Translations under genes and position numbers: made by a program | Notes under the pieces: generated by a model | Told to the model about the DNA's origin: nothing | The model's database searches: none | What the model saw: the letters and a program-made list of their open reading frames with translations, nothing else | Part shown: in pieces, positions 9,643 through 19,164 of the stretch | Layout of the letters: each line of letters opens with the position of its first letter | Numbering within the stretch: the stretch's first letter is position 1 | DNA from: Spirochaetia bacterium | GTDB taxonomy: Bacteria; Spirochaetota; Spirochaetia; SZUA-6; Bin103 | NCBI GenBank assembly: GCA_965199955.1 | Contig: CBDATQ010000001.1 | Span: 352,001-416,000, forward strand | Direction: 5' to 3' | DNA: 64,000 nt

Positions 9643-9986
9643 GATGTCTTGATCGCTTTATTGCGGTCTTCTATCGCAGAAATGTGCGTCTCTAGCCAAC
9701 CTAGCATGCCCTTCGCAGTAGCCAGGTCAACGATGACTTCGACTTCTACCTCTCTGACCACTCCCGATTTTACTCGGCGATTGGTCTCTTCTCCGAGGTT
9801 GCCCTGAGGAGTGATGTCGTGTGTAAGTGTCTGTGGGATGGGGCTTCGCTCCGAAAAGAAGCTCATGGCGATGTAGCCGCGAGGGGTGGCTCCGCCCCAG
9901 ACACCGTCGCCATGTACAACACGGAAGCTGTGGGACTTGATGTAGTGGAAGTCAATGCTTGTTGGTGTGTCTTCTGGTTGATTCAT
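9639..9986 (-). CDS. DUF3467-like hypothetical protein
   Basis: AGGAGG SD before ATG 9986; FRVVHGDGVWGG.TP...FFSER...REVEVEV...AK.M..WL pattern. Confidence 0.6.
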   Translation of the reverse strand: MNQPEDTPTSIDFHYIKSHSFRVVHGDGVWGGATPRGYIAMSFFSERSPIPQTLTHDITPQGNLGEETNRRVKSGVVREVEVEVIVDLATAKGMLGWLETHISAIEDRNKAIKTS

Positions 9987-10122
9987 AGAGCGGATCCTCC
10001 TGTGCACGCGGGTAGTGTGCCATGACGGGACCGTAGCACGGGACGAACGGCGCGAACGTTTCCCGTGTGAGCGGTTCCGGCGTGAGCGCCAGCAGGGCTG
10101 AGTCTCCGATCCGTCCGCCGCC

Positions 10123-11139
10123 TCAGGACGGTGTGCCGAACAGCCGCAGCCGGCTGATGCCGCCGTCCGGGATCATGTTGAGGCGCACGTGCGACACCGG
10201 CTCACGGCTGTTCATCGCGCCGGCCGCGAAGGTGTGCTCGCGGTCCGCCTGCAGGGGCCGCTCGTCCAGCAGCACCGGCCAGAACATCGATTGCGCCACC
10301 ACCGAGGCGCGCAGCTTACCCGTGTCCGCCGGCAGCGACGCCCCCTGAAGGGAGCAGCGGTCGGGGTAGTTGCCCTTGAAGTGGGCGGTGTCGACCACCA
10401 CGCGGTCGATGCGGCCGGGATGCGCCAGGGCGATGATGCACCAGTCGTGGCCGGGCTCGCGGCGGCGCCTGGTCTCCCAGCCGTCGCCCATGTCGCGGCC
10501 GCGGTCGGGCCGGAGCATGTTGCCCGGATTGCCGTAGTGGGCGTCGTTCCAGGCGATCGCCACCGCGCCGTGCACGGCCGAGGCCAGGTCGAGCTCGCCG
10601 AGCGCGGCCAGGGCGCTCCAGTCGGGCCGCGGCCGGCCGTACACGCGCAGGCGCGCCACGCCGCCGTCCGGCAGCAGGTTGAGCCGCACGTGGTTCCAGG
10701 CGCGCCGGTCGGCGACCGGAAACAGGTGGTGGTCGTCGGGGCCGAGCGCCGCCGGCGGCACCAGCGGGACCCATTCGGCGCGGTCGTCCGGATCGCCGTC
10801 GCTCAGGCAGGCTTCCAACGACGCGGCCGGCGGGTAGTTGCCGGTGAAGTGGCGGGTGTCGATGTCCACGGCGTGGATCTCGCCCGGCGCCGCCAGGCGC
10901 ACGACGCTGCGGTCGTGGCCCCCGCCGCGGCGGCGGCGCGACTCCCATCCGTCCATCCACTTGCCGTGGTCGTCGTACTTGTCCGGGATGAACACCGGCT
11001 CGCCCGGCTCCAGCATGCGCGACAGGGGCGCGAAGAACTCGTCCGTGCACCAGATCCCGACGGCGCCCAAGCGCGCGTCGGCCAGGTTGGTGGTCAGAGG
11101 CGGCCGACCGGCGTCCGCCCCGTTCGTTGTCTCAGCCAC
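10123..11139 (-). CDS. alc: Allantoicase
   Basis: Duplicated domains with WMDGWESRRRR / MGDGWETRRRR, DTxHFxGNYP and PDGGxxRLR motifs. Confidence 0.95.
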   Translation of the reverse strand: MAETTNGADAGRPPLTTNLADARLGAVGIWCTDEFFAPLSRMLEPGEPVFIPDKYDDHGKWMDGWESRRRRGGGHDRSVVRLAAPGEIHAVDIDTRHFTGNYPPAASLEACLSDGDPDDRAEWVPLVPPAALGPDDHHLFPVADRRAWNHVRLNLLPDGGVARLRVYGRPRPDWSALAALGELDLASAVHGAVAIAWNDAHYGNPGNMLRPDRGRDMGDGWETRRRREPGHDWCIIALAHPGRIDRVVVDTAHFKGNYPDRCSLQGASLPADTGKLRASVVAQSMFWPVLLDERPLQADREHTFAAGAMNSREPVSHVRLNMIPDGGISRLRLFGTPS

Positions 11140-12064
11140 GATCAGCCTCTCGATGGGGATGGTGCGCGTGCCAGTGGCGGGCGATGTCGATGCGGCGGCA
11201 GCACCAGACCGCCTCGTGCGCGAGCACGTGATCGACGAACCGCTGCAGGGCGGCGAAGCGCCCCGGGCGGCCGACCAGCCGGCAGTGCAGCCCGACCGAC
11301 ATCATGCGCGGCGTCTCGGCCCCCTCCGCGTACAGCACGTCGAAGGTGTCGCGCAGGTAGGTGAAGAACTGGTCGCCGGAGTTGAAGCCCTGCGGGGTGA
11401 CGAAACGCATGTCGTTGGCGTCCAGCGTGTACGGCACCACCAGGTGCGGCCGCCTGGCGACCACCGTCCAGAACGGCAGGTCGTCGTTGTAGTCGTCGGC
11501 GTCGTACAGGAAGCCGCCTTCCTCCACGACCAGCCGGCGCGTGTTGGGCCCGGTGCGCCCGGTGTACCAGCCGAGGGGCCGCTCGCCGGTGAGCCGGCGG
11601 ATGATTTCCACGGCGCGCTGCAGGTGCTCCCGTTCCACCGGCTCGGGCACGTCCTGGTAGTCGATCCAGCGATAGCCATGGCTGCAGATCTCGAAGCCGG
11701 CGTCCATGGCGGCGTCGGCGACCGCCGCGTTGCGCTCCAGCGCCATCGCCACCGCGAACACGGTGATCGGGATCTCCCGTTCGCGGAACAGCCGGAACAG
11801 GCGCCACACGCCGACGCGGCTGCCGTACTCGTAGATCGACTCCATGCTCATGTGGCGTTCGGACAACGGGAGCGCGCCAAGGATCTCGGACAGGAACGAT
11901 TCGGAGCCCGCGTCGCCGTGCAGCACGGAGTTCTCCGCCCCTTCCTCGTAGTTGACCACGAACTGCACGGCCACCCGCGCGCGTCCCGGCCAGTCCGCCC
12001 GGGGCGGGTGGACCCCGTAGCCGCGCAGGTCGCGGGGATAGGATTCGGTCGAGCCGGCGTCCAT
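11132..12064 (-). CDS. puuE: Allantoinase PuuE (polysaccharide deacetylase fold)
   Basis: YPRDLRGYG, NYEEGAE, ESIYEYGSRVG and MMSVGLHCRLVGRPGR motifs. Confidence 0.95.
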   Translation of the reverse strand: MDAGSTESYPRDLRGYGVHPPRADWPGRARVAVQFVVNYEEGAENSVLHGDAGSESFLSEILGALPLSERHMSMESIYEYGSRVGVWRLFRLFREREIPITVFAVAMALERNAAVADAAMDAGFEICSHGYRWIDYQDVPEPVEREHLQRAVEIIRRLTGERPLGWYTGRTGPNTRRLVVEEGGFLYDADDYNDDLPFWTVVARRPHLVVPYTLDANDMRFVTPQGFNSGDQFFTYLRDTFDVLYAEGAETPRMMSVGLHCRLVGRPGRFAALQRFVDHVLAHEAVWCCRRIDIARHWHAHHPHREADRG

Positions 12065-12119
12065 CCCGGGGGCAATATGCTGGCGAACGACCCGGCATGC
12101 AACATACACTGGCGGTCAC

Positions 12120-13382
12120 ATGGCGGTACGACTGGCGATCGTCGGCTGTGGCGGCATGGGCCACCGCCACCTGAGGGGGCTCCGCGCGTTGCAGGCCGCG
12201 GGCATTTCGTCGCTGGAGCTGGTTGCCGCCTGCGACCCGGTGGAGGCGAACGCGGCATCGCTCGCGGATGAAGCGGAGGCGGTCTTCGGCGCTCGTCCGG
12301 CCGTGGTGGCGGCGCTCGGGGATCTGCATGCCCACGGCGTGCAGGCGGTGGACATCACCAGCATCCCGCGAACGCATCACGTGCTGGCCGTGGAAGCGCT
12401 GCAACGCGGGCTCCACGTCCTGATCGAGAAGCCGATGGCGCCGACCGTGGCCGCGTGCCGGCGGATCCGTGACGCGGCGGCGGCATCCTCCGCCATCCTC
12501 AGCGTGGCCGAGAACTACCGCCGCGACCCGACGTGCCGGCTCGCCAGGGCGCTGCTGGATTCCGGCGTGATCGGCACGCCGCGGCTGATCGTCCAGCACG
12601 GCGTGAGCGGCGGCGACCGGATGTTGATCAGCCTGTGGCGGCACCGCCGCGAGCACGGCGGCATCCTGCTGGACGTGGGCGTCCATTATGCAGACGTGCT
12701 TGAGTATCTGCTGGGTCCCATCGACACGGCCTACGCGGTGACGCGGCTGCATGAGCCGGTCCGCCGCAACCCGGCCGCGGGTGACGGCGCGGGCGTGGTC
12801 GATCCTGGGAACGCCTACGCGCAGTGGCAGCGGCAGACACCGGCCGAGTTCGAGGCGACCGCCGAGGACGCGCTGTACGGGACGCTGACCTTCGCCAGCG
12901 GCGTGGTCGGCAACATCATCCAGGATCATGCCGGTCATGGCGCCGGGTTCGGCGGCCGCATGGTGTTCGGCTCGGCCGGATCGATGACGCTGCCGGGCGA
13001 CCGTAGCGGCGGCGCGATCACCGTGCACCGCGACGGCGGCGGGCGGCTCGAAGGCCAGGCGCTGCTGGATCACGTGCCGGAGTTCCGCCTGGACGCGAAC
13101 ACGGCGGCGCTGTTCGGCGCGGATCGGCTGTGCGGCTACGACCAGCCGTTCCCGGTCACCGACGCTGCGCTGCTCGCCGTCGAGTACGCGGAGCTGGCCG
13201 ACGCGATCCGGGGCGGCGCGCCGCCGGAGGTCGACGCCGCGCAGGGGCTGAGCGCCGTGGCCAGCTACTACGCGCTGCTGGAATCGGGGGCGTGCGGGGC
13301 ACCCGTTCGCGTCCGGGACGTCCTCGACGGCCGCGTCGACGCCTGCCAGCGCGAACTCGACGAGTCGCTCGGCTTGACGTAG
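12120..13382 (+). CDS. Gfo/Idh/MocA family oxidoreductase
   Basis: GCGGMG, EKPMA, ENYRR and DVGVH motifs. Confidence 0.9.
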   Translation: MAVRLAIVGCGGMGHRHLRGLRALQAAGISSLELVAACDPVEANAASLADEAEAVFGARPAVVAALGDLHAHGVQAVDITSIPRTHHVLAVEALQRGLHVLIEKPMAPTVAACRRIRDAAAASSAILSVAENYRRDPTCRLARALLDSGVIGTPRLIVQHGVSGGDRMLISLWRHRREHGGILLDVGVHYADVLEYLLGPIDTAYAVTRLHEPVRRNPAAGDGAGVVDPGNAYAQWQRQTPAEFEATAEDALYGTLTFASGVVGNIIQDHAGHGAGFGGRMVFGSAGSMTLPGDRSGGAITVHRDGGGRLEGQALLDHVPEFRLDANTAALFGADRLCGYDQPFPVTDAALLAVEYAELADAIRGGAPPEVDAAQGLSAVASYYALLESGACGAPVRVRDVLDGRVDACQRELDESLGLT

Positions 13383-13423
13383 GGCCGGGCGCTACGAATC
13401 TGACGAACAGGGGGACCGTGGCG

Positions 13424-14398
13424 ATGACGGCAGAGAAAATCGAGCAGCGTTCCATCGTTATCGTGATCGTGGCGAGCGTGTCGTTCGGGCTGATCGGCAT
13501 CGTCATCTCGCTTGCCAGCCGGTCGGGGGCGGTGTTCCTGGACGGTCTGTTCTCGCTGATCTTCGCGATGGTCGGACTGCTGACGCTGTACGTGTCCAAG
13601 CTCGTGCAGCGCCCGCGGGACGAGCAGTATCCGTTCGGGTACGCGACGTTCGAGCCGATGCTGAACCTGTTCAAGGGGATCCTGATCGCGACCGCGCTGC
13701 TCTACGCGGTGTGGACGGCGGTCCGGGCGCTGATGACCGGCGGGCAGGAGGTGGCCGCCATCGGCGGCATCATCTACGCCGCGATCGCGGTGGCCGGGGG
13801 GATCGCGCTGGCGGTGGCGCTCCGCAAGCTGGCCCGGAAGTCGGGCTCACCGATCGTGCAGTTGGACGCCCAGAACGCGGTGATCGACACGATGATCTCC
13901 GGCGCGGTCGGCGTGGCATTCGTCGCGACGCTGATCATCCAGAACTCGCGGCTGTCGGCGTGGGCCCGATACGCCGATCCGGTGATCATGCTGACGATCG
14001 CCGCCATCGCGGCGCCCCAGCCGATCAAGACCATTCGCGCCAACTGGCGGCAGCTCATGGGCAGGGCGCCGGATCGGGCCGTGCAGGACCGGATCGCGGC
14101 GCTGGTCGAATCGGTCATTGCGCGGGTGCCGCACTCCGAGACGCACCTGCGCACCACCGAGGTCGGCCGCTATCTGTACGTCCACCTCTATGTGATCGTG
14201 CCGGAGGACTCCACCGAACCCATCGACGTGCGCCTGCACGACCGGATCAGGCGGGAGATCTTCGAGCAGCTCTCGGGCGAGTTCAGCCACCTGGCGCTGG
14301 ACGTCGGCTTCACCATGGATGTCCGCTGGGCGGTCTCCAGCGTGCCGTCGGAGGACCAGGAGACGGTCTATCCCGCGGGCTCGCAGCCGGCGGACTGA
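13424..14398 (+). CDS. Cation diffusion facilitator family transporter
   Basis: Six TM segments, LDGLFS, YPFGY..FEP and YADP motifs, cytosolic C-terminal domain. Confidence 0.85.
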   Translation: MTAEKIEQRSIVIVIVASVSFGLIGIVISLASRSGAVFLDGLFSLIFAMVGLLTLYVSKLVQRPRDEQYPFGYATFEPMLNLFKGILIATALLYAVWTAVRALMTGGQEVAAIGGIIYAAIAVAGGIALAVALRKLARKSGSPIVQLDAQNAVIDTMISGAVGVAFVATLIIQNSRLSAWARYADPVIMLTIAAIAAPQPIKTIRANWRQLMGRAPDRAVQDRIAALVESVIARVPHSETHLRTTEVGRYLYVHLYVIVPEDSTEPIDVRLHDRIRREIFEQLSGEFSHLALDVGFTMDVRWAVSSVPSEDQETVYPAGSQPAD

Positions 14399-14525
14399 CC
14401 GTTCGAGGTTGTGTCAGCTTCGGGAAGGAGAGCACCTGCGGCGCCACGGCCCCGGAGCGATTCCTGAATCCCGCTCGGAGCATGGCTGCATACAAGCCGA
14501 CCGCCGGGTACCGGGCACCAGCGGT

Positions 14526-15692
14526 CTACAGCGGCGTCTCCAGGATCGTGTAGATCTTCGAGGGGATGGCGTTCATCATGTCGAGCATGCGCAGCACGGG
14601 GGTGTTGTCCTCCAGCACGAAGCCGACGTCGCAGTACTGGTAGCCGTGCTGTTGGGTGTAGATCTTCTGTTTCCAGAGCAGCAGGCCCTCAAGTCCCCGG
14701 TTGCGAAACTTCTTCTTCACTCCCAGGTACCCGAACCGCAGCCCCGTGAGACGGCGCTTGGTGATCAGCATGCGCCCCGCCCGCCACAGTTCGAAGCGCG
14801 GGCACAGCCGTGACGGCAGCATGGCGTCCAGGATGTTCGGCACGCCGCCGAAGAAGGCGGCGGGCTCACCCTGCCAGTAGGCGATCGAGAACTGGCCGCG
14901 GTCGACGATGAGCTGCTCGTCGTCGATCACCTTGAAGAACTCCTCGTCGCGGTACGGGACGAAGCCCCAGTTGTCGTTCCAGGCGTCGTTGTAGATGTCC
15001 AGCATCTCGCGCTTGCGCACCGCGAGCGGCCGCTCGCCCCAAGTCTCGAATACCACGCCGCCCCGCTTCTGCACGATCTGGGCGACCCGCTGCAGCTTCT
15101 CCTCCATGGGCACGTGCACGGGCACCTCCCAGGAGCGCACCCGCTTGACCGGGTGCAGGCCGGCGGCGGTCAGCAGATCCAGGTAGTACGGCTTGTTGTA
15201 GTGGTAGTAGATGACCGGGCGGGAGTCGAACCCCTCGGTCAGCACGCCGGGCGTCGCCTGGTTGACCGGCAGGTTCTGCGGCCCGCGCATCGCCTGCATG
15301 CCGCGCTCGCGCAGCCAGTCGCCGGCCCCCCGCAGCAGGCGGCCGGTCACCTCCTGGTCGTCGACGGACTCGAAGAAGCCGAAGAAGCCGGTCTTCTCGT
15401 TCCAGTGGGCGTTGTGGTCGTCGTTGACGAAGGCCATGCAGCGCCCGACGGGCTGTCGGCGATCGTCGTAGGCGATGAAGAAAGCGATGTCCGCATGCTG
15501 AAGGAACAGGGAGCGCGGCTCGAAGTAGCCGACGATGCCCAGCAGGTGGAAGCCCAGGTACTCGTAGTCCAGCAGCGGGATGTAGCGTGGGTCGTCGCGG
15601 TAGTGGCTCCAGTGGAAATCGACGAAGGCGCGGAGCTTGGCGCGGGCGCCGGGATCAGTGTTCGCGAACCGCTCGATCTCGATGCCGGCCAT
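14526..15692 (-). CDS. Tandem-GNAT N-acyltransferase (YghO/bacterial ceramide synthase-like)
   Basis: GFFGFFES.DD, WLRERG...MRGP, YNKPYY, YNDAWNDNWGF and LEDN motifs. Confidence 0.75.
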   Translation of the reverse strand: MAGIEIERFANTDPGARAKLRAFVDFHWSHYRDDPRYIPLLDYEYLGFHLLGIVGYFEPRSLFLQHADIAFFIAYDDRRQPVGRCMAFVNDDHNAHWNEKTGFFGFFESVDDQEVTGRLLRGAGDWLRERGMQAMRGPQNLPVNQATPGVLTEGFDSRPVIYYHYNKPYYLDLLTAAGLHPVKRVRSWEVPVHVPMEEKLQRVAQIVQKRGGVVFETWGERPLAVRKREMLDIYNDAWNDNWGFVPYRDEEFFKVIDDEQLIVDRGQFSIAYWQGEPAAFFGGVPNILDAMLPSRLCPRFELWRAGRMLITKRRLTGLRFGYLGVKKKFRNRGLEGLLLWKQKIYTQQHGYQYCDVGFVLEDNTPVLRMLDMMNAIPSKIYTILETPL

Positions 15693-15747
15693 GCCGCAAC
15701 TCTGGAGGACTCGGCTTTGCCGGCGCAAGGGGCTATCATCCGCGCCG

Positions 15748-16782
15748 ATGTCCGCGACCGTGCCGCCGGCGCCCCTGAAGCTCGCCGATGGCGCAGACCT
15801 CAGCGTCGAGTTCCTGCGCCGGCCGGTGGCGCCGGCCGACCAGATCCGCGTGACCGACCTGTTGGCAGCCGAGTGGGAGCGCAGCGATGTCGACTGGGTG
15901 CCGTCGCTGCGCGGGGCCTGCGCGGACACGCTCACGTCTGTAACCGCGATCGGCCGCTGCGGAGAGACCGATGTCGGGACCGCGACGGTGTCGTATCCGG
16001 TGGACGAGCCGGAAATCGCGGTGGTGGAGAACGTCACCACTCTCGCCGAGCACCGGCGGCGCGGGATCGCCGCGGAGCTCACCGAGGCGGTGGTTCGGCT
16101 GGCCTTCGACGCCGGCTGCCGCCTCTGTTTCCTTGGCAACGGCGGTCGCGTGGGGCAACGGGCGGTGTACGACCGGATCGGCTTCGAGCGGACCGGAGGC
16201 ATCATGCGCCGCGCTGCGGCGGGCTTCGAGGCGTACGAACGGACGCTGTACGCGGCGGGCCAACCAGTGTCGGTCCGGACGGCGTGCTGGGGCGACCTTC
16301 CCGGTGTGGCGGCGCTGGTCGCGCAGCCGCTGTCGACGCGGGTGCTGGACTATCAGCGCGGCATCGCCAGCGCCGCGTTCGTCCCGCCCGCGCGCTGCGT
16401 CTCGGCGTTCACGACCATCCACTACGACACGCAGAGCCGCGGCGGCGTGATGCGGGTGCTCGCCGGTGCCGGCGCCAGCCGCGTGCTGGGGTTCGGCACG
16501 GCGGCTCCGGGACCGGCGCCGCTGCGTGACGCGACCGCGGTGGTCGACCTGGTCGCCCACGACGCCTACGGCGACCATGCCGGCGAGTTGCTGGCCGCGC
16601 TCACCGAGGATGGGCGACACCTGAGCGCCGCTCGGGCCGTCGCCTTTGTCGCGGCGCCCGACACGTCCAAGCGGGAACGGTTCCTGGCCGCCGGTTATCG
16701 GCCGGCCGGCGCGCTGCCGCGTGACCTCACCCTGGGCGGCGAGCCTGCCGATGTCACACTATTGGAGCACTCCTATGGCTGA
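15748..16782 (+). CDS. GNAT family N-acetyltransferase
   Basis: VTTLAEHRRRGIA and VYDRIGF motifs. Confidence 0.8.
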   Translation: MSATVPPAPLKLADGADLSVEFLRRPVAPADQIRVTDLLAAEWERSDVDWVPSLRGACADTLTSVTAIGRCGETDVGTATVSYPVDEPEIAVVENVTTLAEHRRRGIAAELTEAVVRLAFDAGCRLCFLGNGGRVGQRAVYDRIGFERTGGIMRRAAAGFEAYERTLYAAGQPVSVRTACWGDLPGVAALVAQPLSTRVLDYQRGIASAAFVPPARCVSAFTTIHYDTQSRGGVMRVLAGAGASRVLGFGTAAPGPAPLRDATAVVDLVAHDAYGDHAGELLAALTEDGRHLSAARAVAFVAAPDTSKRERFLAAGYRPAGALPRDLTLGGEPADVTLLEHSYG

Positions 16783-18181
16783 ACCATTCCTTGGACCGGA
16801 CTTTCTGCTGCCGAACGAATCGGCGCGCCGCCTGTACCGCGATTACGCGGCCGACCAGCCGATCTTCGACTACCATTGCCACCTGCCGGTGCAGGAGATC
16901 GCCGACAACCGCGACTTTCCCACCATCACGGAGATCTGGCTGGGCGGCGACCACTACAAGTGGCGGGCGATGCGTGCCCTGGGGATCGACGAGCGGCGGA
17001 TCACCGGCGACGCCGGCGACTACGAGAAGTTCTCGGCGTGGGCGGAGGCGGTGCCCTACACGGTCCGCAACCCGCTGTACCACTGGACGCACATGGAGCT
17101 GCGCCGGCCGTTCGAGGTGGACGAGCTGCTGTCGCCCCGGACGGCCGAGGCGATCTACCACGCGTGCAACGAGCGGCTGCGGCAGCCGGAGCTGCGCACC
17201 CACGGACTGCTGCGCATGATGAACGTGCGCGTGGTCTGCACCACGGACGACCCGGCCGACAGCCTGGAGCACCACGAGCGTATCCGCACGGCGGGTGCTC
17301 CCTGCGCGGTGGTGCCGGGCTTTCGCGCCGACCATGCCTTGGCCGCCGACGACCCCGAGCGGTTGAACGGGTGGCTGGTCGGCCTTGGAGAGCGCGTGGG
17401 CAGGGAGATCACTGACTACGACGCGATGCTCGCCGCGCTCGCGGAGCGCCATGCGGATTTCCACGCCGCCGGCTGCCGGCTGTCCGACCACGGGCTGGAG
17501 GTGATGGACGCGGAGCCGTACACGGCGCGGGAGGTCGAAGGGACGTTCCGTGCCGCCGTGCAGGGCCGGGCGGCCGACCCGCACGCGGCCCGGAAGTACC
17601 GCTCGGCAGTCCTCTACGAGATGGCGTGCATGGACGCGGACGCCGGCTGGGTACAGCAGTTTCATCTGGGGGCGCTGCGCAACACCAACCGGCGCGGCTT
17701 CCAGGCGCTGGGCCGCGATTCCGGCTACGATTCGATCGGCGACCCGCCGTCGGCGCGATCGATGGCGCGGTTCTTCGACCGGCTGGAGCAGGCCGGAAAG
17801 CTGGCCAAGACGGTCCTTTACAACCTTGACCCGGCGCAGAACGACCTGTTCGCCGCCATGATCGGCAACTTCCAGGGTGGCGGCGTGCGCGGCCGCATGC
17901 AGTTCGGGACCGCGTGGTGGTTCAACGATCAGATCGACGGCATGACGAAGCAGATGGAAGCGCTGTCCAACAGCGGCCTGCTGAGTTGCTTCGTGGGCAT
18001 GGTGACCGATTCGCGGAGCTTTCTGTCCTACCCCCGTCACGACTACTTCCGGCGCCTGCTGTGCGGGATCCTGGGTGACGAGATGGAGCGCGGGCTGCTG
18101 CCGGCCGACTTCGAGCTGCTCGGCGGCATCGTCGCCGATGTCTGCTACGGCAACGCCGAGCGCTACTTCGGGATCGAGTGA
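16775..18181 (+). CDS. uxaC: Glucuronate isomerase
   Basis: DYHCHL, GDHYKWRAMR, NPLYHWTH, WWFND and TDSRSFLSYPRH motifs. Confidence 0.97.
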   Translation: MAEPFLGPDFLLPNESARRLYRDYAADQPIFDYHCHLPVQEIADNRDFPTITEIWLGGDHYKWRAMRALGIDERRITGDAGDYEKFSAWAEAVPYTVRNPLYHWTHMELRRPFEVDELLSPRTAEAIYHACNERLRQPELRTHGLLRMMNVRVVCTTDDPADSLEHHERIRTAGAPCAVVPGFRADHALAADDPERLNGWLVGLGERVGREITDYDAMLAALAERHADFHAAGCRLSDHGLEVMDAEPYTAREVEGTFRAAVQGRAADPHAARKYRSAVLYEMACMDADAGWVQQFHLGALRNTNRRGFQALGRDSGYDSIGDPPSARSMARFFDRLEQAGKLAKTVLYNLDPAQNDLFAAMIGNFQGGGVRGRMQFGTAWWFNDQIDGMTKQMEALSNSGLLSCFVGMVTDSRSFLSYPRHDYFRRLLCGILGDEMERGLLPADFELLGGIVADVCYGNAERYFGIE

Positions 18182-18182
18182 G

Positions 18183-18845
18183 ATGGCCGTGAGCGATCGC
18201 CTGCGCTGCTACGCGGCCATCCACGACACCGGCCTGGTGCCGTTGTTCTACGATCCGGATCCCGAGGTGGCCGGCCGCCTCGCCGCCGCCTGCGTCGAGG
18301 GCGGCGCGCGGGTCGTGGAGCTGACCAACCGCGGTCCCGGCGCCCTGCAGGCGTTCGCGGCCGTCGTCGAGCGGCTGTCCGGCAGCGACGTGTGGGTTGG
18401 CGCCGGTTCGATCATGGATGCGCCAACGGCGGCCAACTACATCGGCATGGGCGCCCGGTTCATCGTAAGCCCGTCGCTGGACGAGGCCGCCGCCCGTCTC
18501 TGCAACCGGCGCAAGGTCCCCTATCTGCCCGGCTGCATGACACCCGGCGAGATCAGCCGTGCCGAGGAGCTGGGCGCGGAGATTGTCAAGGTGTTCCCCG
18601 GCTCGGTCGGCGGGCCGGAGTTCGTGAGCGCGATCCGCGGGCCGATGCCGTGGACGAGCATCATGCCGACCGGCGGCGTGGCGGTGTCGGCCGAGAGCAT
18701 CGGCGCCTGGCTCGGCGCCGGCGCCTGCGCGGTGGGCATCGGCAGCGCTCTCTTTCCCGACGAAGACCGCCGGCAGGCCAACTACGACCGGATCGCCGCC
18801 CGCGTCGCCGACGCCCTGTCCCTGATCCGCGCGGCGCGCGGGTAG
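18183..18845 (+). CDS. eda: KDPG/KHG aldolase
   Basis: ELTNR, GAGS, PGCMTPGEI, VKVFP and MPTGGV motifs; follows uxaC. Confidence 0.9.
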   Translation: MAVSDRLRCYAAIHDTGLVPLFYDPDPEVAGRLAAACVEGGARVVELTNRGPGALQAFAAVVERLSGSDVWVGAGSIMDAPTAANYIGMGARFIVSPSLDEAAARLCNRRKVPYLPGCMTPGEISRAEELGAEIVKVFPGSVGGPEFVSAIRGPMPWTSIMPTGGVAVSAESIGAWLGAGACAVGIGSALFPDEDRRQANYDRIAARVADALSLIRAARG

Positions 18846-18880
18846 CGGGATCTGTTCGTAGTGAGCAAGCGGAAGAGCTG

Positions 18881-19024
18881 ATGGCCCCGGTTCAATATCA
18901 CGACGGACGGTTTCCGCCCGAGTCGCGGCTTGACTGGTCGCAGTTGATTCCACTGATTGGACCGGCGGCGGCTGCTGTCGCCCGCTACGATGGGATGCTC
19001 GGTGCCACACCCAATCCCGACGTG
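18881..19024 (+). pseudogene. Fic-family protein N-terminal fragment
   Basis: MAPVQYHDGRFPP..LDW..LIPLIGPA..AVARYDGML...PNPDV stops before the EAVxSSxIEG motif. Confidence 0.7.
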
Positions 19025-19078
19025 CAGAAGGCCGCGATGTGTTTTGATGAGCATCTATTCGCGTCAAGGTTATTTGTC

Positions 19079-19138
19079 AATCACTTTAATGGTCAGTGTG
19101 ATCGACAAATCACTTTGATGTTAATCAAAGATCGACAA
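19079..19138. repeat. AT-rich degenerate tandem repeat (about 30 bp x2) containing palindrome CTTTGAT-N4-ATCAAAG
   Basis: AATCACTTT...GATCGACA occurs twice; inverted repeat at 19113-19130. Confidence 0.6.
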
Positions 19139-19164
19139 GCTGCCGCTGAGCGGCTCCTGCAAGG

